Origin: a virus
Taxonomy: Duplodnaviria; Caudoviricetes
Virus record (IMG/VR): IMGVR_UViG_3300032237_000089
Coordinates: 1 to 33,557 of that record
DNA: 33,557 nucleotides
Reading direction: 5' to 3' (one strand)
The number at the start of each line of letters is the position of its first letter. The first letter of the stretch is position 1. Below, piece by piece: positions 26,930 to 33,557 of this stretch. A program made the translations under genes and the position numbers. The notes below the pieces were generated by a model that was given only the letters and a program-made list of their open reading frames with translations, was not told the DNA's origin and searched no databases.

Positions 26930-27343
26930 ATGAGCAATTCCGTCGCAACTGGTGTGGCTTACCAAGACCCCGAATTTACGACCTGCTATGCCTCGGCAGA
27001 GATTGGCTATTCTGCTGCTGCACAGGGCGCGGTTACTCAGGCAACCGACAAATCGACTGGCGTTACGCTGAACAAGTCTGCCGGTCGCATCACCATGAAC
27101 AACGCTGCGCTGGCTGGTTCTACGGCTGTGTCGTTCATTCTGACCAATAGCATCATTTCCGCTAACGACACTATGATCGTTTGCGTTTCTAGTAACACAA
27201 CTGGTAGCGCTTTGGGTGCTTACACTACTTACGTTTCGTATCTAGCTGCTGGTTCGGCTCTGATTACGCTGCGTAACCTGAGTGGCACTTCGTACAGCGA
27301 AGCAGTCATCATCAACTTTGCAATCATTCACGGCGCAAGCTAA
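26930..27343 (+). CDS. Putative virion structural protein
   Basis: AAGGA RBS before ATG 26930; [29 protein letters not shown]...[11 protein letters not shown]. Confidence 0.65.
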   Translation: MSNSVATGVAYQDPEFTTCYASAEIGYSAAAQGAVTQATDKSTGVTLNKSAGRITMNNAALAGSTAVSFILTNSIISANDTMIVCVSSNTTGSALGAYTTYVSYLAAGSALITLRNLSGTSYSEAVIINFAIIHGAS

Positions 27344-27471
27344 TGCTGAAAAAGTCCACTAGCAAAGCTGCTTTGCAGAAAAACATCAAGACGGAGATTG
27401 CCGCTGGCAAGCCGCCCAAGCAGGCGGTAGCGATTGCTTACTCCGTTAAGAAGGCAGCAAAGAAAAAATGA
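27343..27471 (+). CDS. Small basic protein (not in ORF track)
   Basis: 42 aa [42 protein letters not shown]; TAATG and ATGA coupling. Confidence 0.75.
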   Translation: MLKKSTSKAALQKNIKTEIAAGKPPKQAVAIAYSVKKAAKKK

Positions 27472-27758
27472 CCGCTGCGTGGACTAAGAAAGCTGGCAAA
27501 AACCCTGCTGGCGGGCTGAATGCCAAAGGGCGGGCAAGTTACCACGCTGAGACCGGGGGGACGTTGAAACCTCCCGTTAAGGCTGGCGACAACCCGCGCA
27601 GAGCGTCATTCCTTGCAAGGATGGGCAATATGCCCGGCCCGATGGAAAAAGACGGCAAGCCGACTCGATTGGCGCTGTCTTTGAAGGCATGGGGTGCAAG
27701 CAGTAAGGAAGATGCCAAAGCTAAAGCCAAAGCCATCTCGAAACGTAATAAAACTTAA
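27468..27758 (+). CDS. Basic protein (DUF6321-like)
   Basis: [31 protein letters not shown]. Confidence 0.7.
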   Translation: MTAAWTKKAGKNPAGGLNAKGRASYHAETGGTLKPPVKAGDNPRRASFLARMGNMPGPMEKDGKPTRLALSLKAWGASSKEDAKAKAKAISKRNKT

Positions 27759-27760
27759 TC

Positions 27761-28858
27761 ATGCCAAGAATTGCTGATGCGTTAAGTCCGAGACAGTACG
27801 AAGGCACGCCGGTGTCGGAGATGGCAACGGCAGCGCCGCCGACTTATGCACAGCAGGCAGCAAGAATACCGGGGCGCGTCATGGATGCGCTTCGGGCGTT
27901 GGGAGCAGGGCAGACTTACGGCACTGCCGAGCCAACGAATTCAATTTCAGACTTAGCCCGCGCAAGGCTAGGGCGTGGGTCTGTCTTTGGCGTGCCCGAA
28001 GATGTGCAGCAAAGAAATGTTGCTAGAGCAACAGATATTGCAATGATGGCAGCGCCGATTGTCTATCACGGCTCGCCACATCGCTTTGCGCCGACTGCCA
28101 AGAATCCGCTAGGCGAGTTTGATCCCACCAAGATCGGCACAGGCGAGGGCGCACAGGCTTACGGGTATGGGCATTACACAGCCGAATCTCCAAAAGTAGC
28201 AACGGACTACCGAAATGCGCTTTCAGGAAATCATAACCTTGACCAATTTCAGTTTACGGTAAACGGCAATCCTACGGATTCGTCGGTCGCAAAAGCTATT
28301 GTTAGAGCAGGTAGTCCGGAAGCCTTTATCAAGGGAATGCAACCTAAATTAGACTCTCTCACCGAAAAGGCTGCAAAAGCAAACAAAGAAGAGTTGATTC
28401 CCGGCTTGTCCGACCATGATATTGCAATGCTAGAACTTAAAAGCCATAAAGCAATGATTGATGAGGCTAAAGGATACATAGGTAAAACTGTAAAAAGCGA
28501 ACCTCTTGGCACACTTTACAAAGTAGACCTACCCGACGAAGTAGTGCCGCGTATGTTGGATTTTGACAAACATTTGGCTGAACAATCTCCGCAAGTGCAA
28601 AAAATTCTTTCAGATTATCAAAAACAATTAGGAACAAGTTTTGGCAGAGGCGATCAAGTTTTGAAAGAAATTGCCTTTGATCGACGCATGAAAGGATTGG
28701 ATGATTCGCCCGCTGCGGTAGCAAAGCAACTTAAAGAACTAGGCATTCCCGGCATCCAATACTTAGACGCAGGATCACGTCGCGCAGGTACAGGGACACG
28801 CAATTACGTCGTGTTTCCCGGTAACGAATCTTTACTAAAGATACTTGGACGCGAATAG
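27761..28858 (+). CDS. ADP-ribosyltransferase-like (ART-PolyVal-type) domain protein
   Basis: YHGSPH...FD..KIGTGEGAQAYGYGHYTAE...LYKVDLP...GIPGIQYLD..SR...NYVVF. Confidence 0.55.
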   Translation: MPRIADALSPRQYEGTPVSEMATAAPPTYAQQAARIPGRVMDALRALGAGQTYGTAEPTNSISDLARARLGRGSVFGVPEDVQQRNVARATDIAMMAAPIVYHGSPHRFAPTAKNPLGEFDPTKIGTGEGAQAYGYGHYTAESPKVATDYRNALSGNHNLDQFQFTVNGNPTDSSVAKAIVRAGSPEAFIKGMQPKLDSLTEKAAKANKEELIPGLSDHDIAMLELKSHKAMIDEAKGYIGKTVKSEPLGTLYKVDLPDEVVPRMLDFDKHLAEQSPQVQKILSDYQKQLGTSFGRGDQVLKEIAFDRRMKGLDDSPAAVAKQLKELGIPGIQYLDAGSRRAGTGTRNYVVFPGNESLLKILGRE

Positions 28859-28903
28859 CCAAACGCAAAAAGATTGTCAACAAAACTTAATTAGATCAAT
28901 ACG

Positions 28904-29182
28904 ATGGAAATTGAAACAAAAGGACGTGGAGCGCCGATAGGCAATCAAAATGCTGCAAGGCAGAGATTGTTCTATGACAAGCTGCGCAAAATCCTTATCC
29001 AAGAGCCGCATAGGTTGCATTCCATCGCTGAGAAGTTGATTTCCGAGGCTGAAAACGGCGAATCTTGGGCGATTAAGGAGATCATTGACCGAGTGGACGG
29101 CAAGGCTCTGCAAGCGCTGGAGAATGCCGACGGCTCGCCTTTGTTGTCCGGCATCGTGGTTTCGTTCGTCAAGCCCGAATGA
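28904..29182 (+). CDS. terS: Terminase small subunit (putative)
   Basis: GAPIGNQNAA, AIKEIIDRVDGK; ATGA overlap with terL. Confidence 0.7.
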   Translation: MEIETKGRGAPIGNQNAARQRLFYDKLRKILIQEPHRLHSIAEKLISEAENGESWAIKEIIDRVDGKALQALENADGSPLLSGIVVSFVKPE

Positions 29183-30462
29183 CCGACGTAGCCGAGGCTA
29201 TTAGCAAGGCACAGTTCCCGGCAAAGCTGGAATGCCTGTTCAAGCCTGAGAAAAGCCGCTACCGCATCCTGTGGGGTGGGCGAGGTGGTGCTAAGTCTTG
29301 GGGGATAGCTAGGGCGCTGCTGATCCTTGGCGCAAGAAAGCCGCTGCGTATCCTATGTGCGCGGGAGTTTCAGACCAGCTTGAAGGATTCAGTCCATAAG
29401 CTGCTGTGCGATCAAATCGAGAGCCTCGGCCTCATGGGGTTCTACGAGATCACCCAAGCAACGATCCGGGCGCAGAACGGCACAGAATTCTTTTTCTCCG
29501 GCTTAAAGAACAATGTAACAAACATTAAGTCGTTTGAGGGTGTGGATATTTGCTGGGTTGAGGAAGCCGCCAACGTAAGCAAACTTTCTTGGAACGTCCT
29601 GATTCCGACCATCCGCAAGGAAGGTTCTGAGATATGGATCAGCTTTAACCCTGAGTTAGAGACAGACGAGACTTATCAGCGCTTTGTAGTCAAGCCGCCG
29701 AACGACTCGATAGTCACGAAGATCAACTGGTCGGACAATCCGTGGTTTCCTGAGACCCTAAACCTTGAGCGCGAATCCCTAAAGAACAGGGATATCGATG
29801 CCTACAACACGGTGTGGGAAGGCGTTTGCAGGCAGACCGTAGACGGGGCGATCTTTGCCCGCGAGATGCAAATGGCTGAACTTCAGCAGCGCATCACAAA
29901 TGTTGTCTACGATCCCGCCAAGCCTGTTCACGCGGTATTTGACCTTGGCTGGTCAGACAGCACCGCAATATGGTTCTTGCAATATGTGGGCATGGAAACC
30001 CGTCTGCTGCGGTATTTTGAGGATAGCCAGCAAACCATTAGCTACTACCTAGCCAAGATGCAGACCTTCGGCTATGTGTACGACACGCTGTGGCTACCGC
30101 ATGACGCTGAAAACAAAACTTTAGCCGCCAACGGTAAGAGCATTGAGGAGATCGTTCGAGGCGCAGGGTACAAGACACAAATCTTACCGCGTGTCCCGAT
30201 TGTGGACAGCATTAACGCCGCCCGGACGATCTTCCCTGCCTGTTGGTTTGACCGCGAAAACACGGCGCAAGGCATCGACTGCCTGCGGCACTACCGCTAC
30301 GAGGTTGATCCCAATACCGGGCAGTTTAGTAAACAACCGTTACATGACCACTATTCACACGGCGCTGATGCCTTTAGATACATCGCTTTGATGGTCAAAG
30401 AGCCACGCAGCCGTAAGGCACAATCCAATACGTATGTTGTGCCCGCTAATTGGATGGGATAA
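29179..30462 (+). CDS. terL: Terminase large subunit, PBSX/XtmB family
   Basis: Walker A GGRGGAKS, Walker B CWVEEA, SFNP, nuclease DLG..D, HGADAFRY. Confidence 0.95.
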   Translation: MTDVAEAISKAQFPAKLECLFKPEKSRYRILWGGRGGAKSWGIARALLILGARKPLRILCAREFQTSLKDSVHKLLCDQIESLGLMGFYEITQATIRAQNGTEFFFSGLKNNVTNIKSFEGVDICWVEEAANVSKLSWNVLIPTIRKEGSEIWISFNPELETDETYQRFVVKPPNDSIVTKINWSDNPWFPETLNLERESLKNRDIDAYNTVWEGVCRQTVDGAIFAREMQMAELQQRITNVVYDPAKPVHAVFDLGWSDSTAIWFLQYVGMETRLLRYFEDSQQTISYYLAKMQTFGYVYDTLWLPHDAENKTLAANGKSIEEIVRGAGYKTQILPRVPIVDSINAARTIFPACWFDRENTAQGIDCLRHYRYEVDPNTGQFSKQPLHDHYSHGADAFRYIALMVKEPRSRKAQSNTYVVPANWMG

Positions 30463-30470
30463 ACTGAGCC

Positions 30471-32576
30471 ATGCCTTATCAAGAAGATGACCCAAGAATA
30501 GATGCCGCAATGAAGTTTTTGCGGTTGGCTTCCGAAGCCGATAGCAACAATCGGATGGAAGCGCTTGAGGATTTGAAGTTTGCAGCAGGCGATCAATGGC
30601 CTGTTGAAATTCAGAACAGTCGCAACCTTGAAGCGCGACCCTGTTTGACGATCAACAAGGTCGACAGTTACGTGCGGCAGGTCACAAACCAGCAGCGGCA
30701 ACAACGCCCGCGCATCAAGGTGCATCCTGTTAACAATGAGGCTGACCTAAAGATAGCCAAGGTCTTAGAAGGCATCACGCGACACATTGAGGTCAACTCA
30801 AACGCTGATACTGCCTATGATAACGCCTTTGATTACGCGGTCAGGATGGGATGGGGCTACTGGCGAGTAGAGACTGATTACGTGCGGGAAGATTCGTTCG
30901 ATCAGGAAATCTATATCCGTCCGATCCATAACCCGTTTACCGTCTACTTCGATCCGAACTCTGTAGAGCCGGATGGTTCAGATGCCGAGCAATGCTTGGT
31001 GACTGAAGTCATTCCGAAAGCCACGTTCCGGGAAATGTATCCCGATGCGGATGATGGATCAGGATTTACGCTGCGTGCTACTGGTGACTCAAGTGCTGAA
31101 TGGGTAATGAAGGAAGATATCCGCATTGCGGAATACTTCCACACCGACCGCAAAGCCGCGACCTTAGTTTTGCTCTCTGATGGCACTAAGCTATACAAAG
31201 AGGACTTGCCCGATGCCGACATGATGTTGGCGGCTGGCGTGACTATTGTTAGTGAGCGCAAAACGTACCGCAAAATTATCAAGTGGTGCAAAGTCACCTC
31301 AATGCAGGTGCTGGAAGAAGGCGAGTGGATTGGTAATTACATTCCGATCATTCCGACCTACGGCGCTCAACTGACCGTCGAGGACAAGCGCAAGAAGTTT
31401 GGTCTAGTCCGTCATGCTAAAGACCCGCAGCGGATGTATAACTTTTGGCGCACCAGTCAGACTGAATCTATCGCCCTCGCACCGAAAGCGAAATGGCTGT
31501 TGGCTGAAGGTCAGGACGAAGGACACGAAAACGAATGGGCGCAAGCTAACATCAAGTCAGCGCCTGTCCTGCGGTACAAGCAAACGGACATTGAAGGGCG
31601 CGTAGCACCGCAACCGACCCGGCTGCAACCCGAAGCGCCGCCACAGGGCATCATGGAAGCAGCATCGTCGATCAACAATGATCTGCAAGCGGTGTTAGGC
31701 ATCTTCGATCCGAATCAGATGCCCACCGGCAACATTTCCGGCAAGGCGTTGAACGGTCAGCAGCAGCAGATTGACCTGTCGAACTATCATTTCTACGACA
31801 ACCTGACCCGTTCGATCAAGCACACCGGCAAGATCATTCTCGACCTGATCCCCAAGATTTACGATGCAGAGCGCGTCATGCGGATCATTGGCGACGATGG
31901 TCAGCCGGACATGGTGACGATCAACCAGCGCGACGCTGTGGGTGCAATCCTCAATGACGTGACCGTGGGCGAATACGATATCGTGATGGATACCGGCCCG
32001 GGCTATCAGTCCAAGCGCATCCAAGCAGTCGAGGCAATGATGCCTCTTATGGCAAAGGATGAACTGTTCAAGATTGCCGGTGACTTGGTGTTCCGTAACA
32101 TGGATTTCCCGGGCGCAGACATCATTGCCGACCGACTGGCAGCGTCTAACCCGCTGGCGCAAATCGACGAGAAAAGTCCGATCCCGCCGCAGGTGCAGAT
32201 GCAACTGGCGCAAAGCAAACAAGTTATTGAGCAGCAGCAACAACAGTTACAGGCTATGCAGCTTGAGATCAACAACCGTGGTCAGGTTGCTCAAATCCGT
32301 GAAGATGGGGCGACTAAGCGCAAGTTGATGGAAGTGACCAGCAAAGCCCACAACACCGAAACGATGGCAGAAGTGAAGGTCAACGACCAAAACACCCGCG
32401 CCATTACCTCGCAGAACAAGACCGAGATTGATGCGATTGTGCAACTGTTGTTACATCACATGGACACGAGCAGACTATTGCAGGAAATTGAGCGCCGCAA
32501 CATGGAGCAGAATGCTTACGCGACGATAGCCGCGCAGGACATTTCGCATCAAGGTAGTCCATTCTTGCAGCAATGA
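30471..32576 (+). CDS. Portal protein, P22 gp1-like
   Basis: 701 aa; DL.F..GDQW, RPCLTINK, GLVRHAKDPQRMYN, ISGKAL, YD.ERVMRIIG.D, GEYDIV..GP. Confidence 0.93.
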   Translation: MPYQEDDPRIDAAMKFLRLASEADSNNRMEALEDLKFAAGDQWPVEIQNSRNLEARPCLTINKVDSYVRQVTNQQRQQRPRIKVHPVNNEADLKIAKVLEGITRHIEVNSNADTAYDNAFDYAVRMGWGYWRVETDYVREDSFDQEIYIRPIHNPFTVYFDPNSVEPDGSDAEQCLVTEVIPKATFREMYPDADDGSGFTLRATGDSSAEWVMKEDIRIAEYFHTDRKAATLVLLSDGTKLYKEDLPDADMMLAAGVTIVSERKTYRKIIKWCKVTSMQVLEEGEWIGNYIPIIPTYGAQLTVEDKRKKFGLVRHAKDPQRMYNFWRTSQTESIALAPKAKWLLAEGQDEGHENEWAQANIKSAPVLRYKQTDIEGRVAPQPTRLQPEAPPQGIMEAASSINNDLQAVLGIFDPNQMPTGNISGKALNGQQQQIDLSNYHFYDNLTRSIKHTGKIILDLIPKIYDAERVMRIIGDDGQPDMVTINQRDAVGAILNDVTVGEYDIVMDTGPGYQSKRIQAVEAMMPLMAKDELFKIAGDLVFRNMDFPGADIIADRLAASNPLAQIDEKSPIPPQVQMQLAQSKQVIEQQQQQLQAMQLEINNRGQVAQIREDGATKRKLMEVTSKAHNTETMAEVKVNDQNTRAITSQNKTEIDAIVQLLLHHMDTSRLLQEIERRNMEQNAYATIAAQDISHQGSPFLQQ

Positions 32577-32593
32577 TTTTCTAGGAGTATATT
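32565..32593 (+). promoter_or_regulatory. Putative promoter for scaffold-capsid transcript
   Basis: TTGCAG-N17-TATATT. Confidence 0.55.
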
Positions 32594-32640
32594 TTTAATC
32601 TACCGTTGGATTTCAACGGGTCAAAATCTTGAGGAAACTC

Positions 32641-33534
32641 ATGTCTGAAGTGCAAGAGCCGAAGCAGGCTCAAAATGTTGTAACGAGTGAAAATTTAGCC
32701 GAATTTAACATCCAGCATCTGCGTCTAGCTCCCGAAGAACCTGTTGAGGCGACTGAAGAAGTCGAGCCGACCGAATCCGAGGATGAGAGTGGACAGGAAG
32801 CAGTTAACGAGGCAACTGAACCGGAAAAGAAACAGAATCCGAAACTCGAAAAACGTTTCTCGGAACTTACCAAGCAACGCGAACTAGCGCGGCAAGAAGC
32901 CGCAAAGGAACGTGAAGCAAGGGAAGCACTAGAAACGCGGTTAAGGGAACTTGAAGATAGGGTCGCTCCTAGAGCCGATCCGATCAACGAAGAACCAAAG
33001 CCGGAGCAATTTACCGATGCCTTTGAATATGCAAAGGCGCTGGCAGATTACTCAGCAGAAAACGCATTAGCGAAGCGAGATCAGCAGGAAGCAGAACGCC
33101 GCGCACAGGAAGAACGTCAAAAGGTCATTTCGACTTGGAACGAACGACTTGAAGCAGCCAAAGCTGAAATGCCTGATTTTGAGGACATGGTAGCAAGCAG
33201 CGAAGTCGCAGTCAGCGATCAGGTGCGAGATGCCATCCTTGAAAGTGACATAGGCCCAAAAATCCTATATCACCTTGCCGAGAACCCCGAAGTAGGGGAG
33301 AAGTTGGCGAAGCTGTCAACGATCAATGCGCTGCGCGAGATTGGGAGACTGGAGGCGAAGCTAGAAGCGCCTACCGGGACAGCTAAACCTGTGTCGGTGT
33401 CTAAAGCACCTGCACCGATTAAACCGATCAAGGCGATGGGATCAACATTGGACAACAAGCTAGACAGTAACGGGGAGTTTCACGGTACTTATGCTCAATG
33501 GCGAGCCGCACGCAAGGCCGGAAAAATCCGCTGA
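32641..33534 (+). CDS. Scaffolding protein
   Basis: GAGGA RBS; acidic N-terminus, coiled coil KRFSELTK, GP.ILYHLAENPE, REIGRLEAKL; lies between portal and capsid. Confidence 0.85.
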   Translation: MSEVQEPKQAQNVVTSENLAEFNIQHLRLAPEEPVEATEEVEPTESEDESGQEAVNEATEPEKKQNPKLEKRFSELTKQRELARQEAAKEREAREALETRLRELEDRVAPRADPINEEPKPEQFTDAFEYAKALADYSAENALAKRDQQEAERRAQEERQKVISTWNERLEAAKAEMPDFEDMVASSEVAVSDQVRDAILESDIGPKILYHLAENPEVGEKLAKLSTINALREIGRLEAKLEAPTGTAKPVSVSKAPAPIKPIKAMGSTLDNKLDSNGEFHGTYAQWRAARKAGKIR

Positions 33535-33557
33535 TTCCATTCTCATTTTTAAGGACA
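33435..33557. repeat. Terminal direct repeat, copy 2
   Basis: Identical to 1-123. Confidence 0.95.

Noticed and set aside
31695-32243. 182-aa - strand ORF opposite the portal gene
   Set aside because: Antisense shadow without motifs

Overview
Apparently complete circular genome (unit about 33,434 bp; bases 1-123 recur exactly at 33435-33557) of a small P22-like podovirus, probably infecting a Gram-negative host. The + strand late arm runs terminase, portal, scaffold, capsid, fibres, gp4/gp10-like tail, ejection proteins and lysis. A short - strand early arm carries ERF, an SSB-like protein, a lipoprotein and several micro-ORFs, and diverges from a cro-like gene. I could not recognise a CI repressor, integrase, DNA polymerase, helicase or primase. 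Most notable: (1) a roughly 370-nt structured non-coding locus resembling C4/CI-type antisense RNA control, upstream of a replication-initiator-like gene that lacks its N-terminal DNA-binding domain; (2) a 150-codon ORF with its own RBS nested out of frame inside the C5 DNA methyltransferase; (3) three AAG-N4-CTT operator-like sites at exact 32-bp spacing; (4) a candidate small RNA with an anti-SD-like loop at the start of the late operon; (5) one beta-rich module inserted into two different tail proteins; (6) a stand-alone ART-like gene. All protein calls come from motif recognition and synteny, not from database searches.
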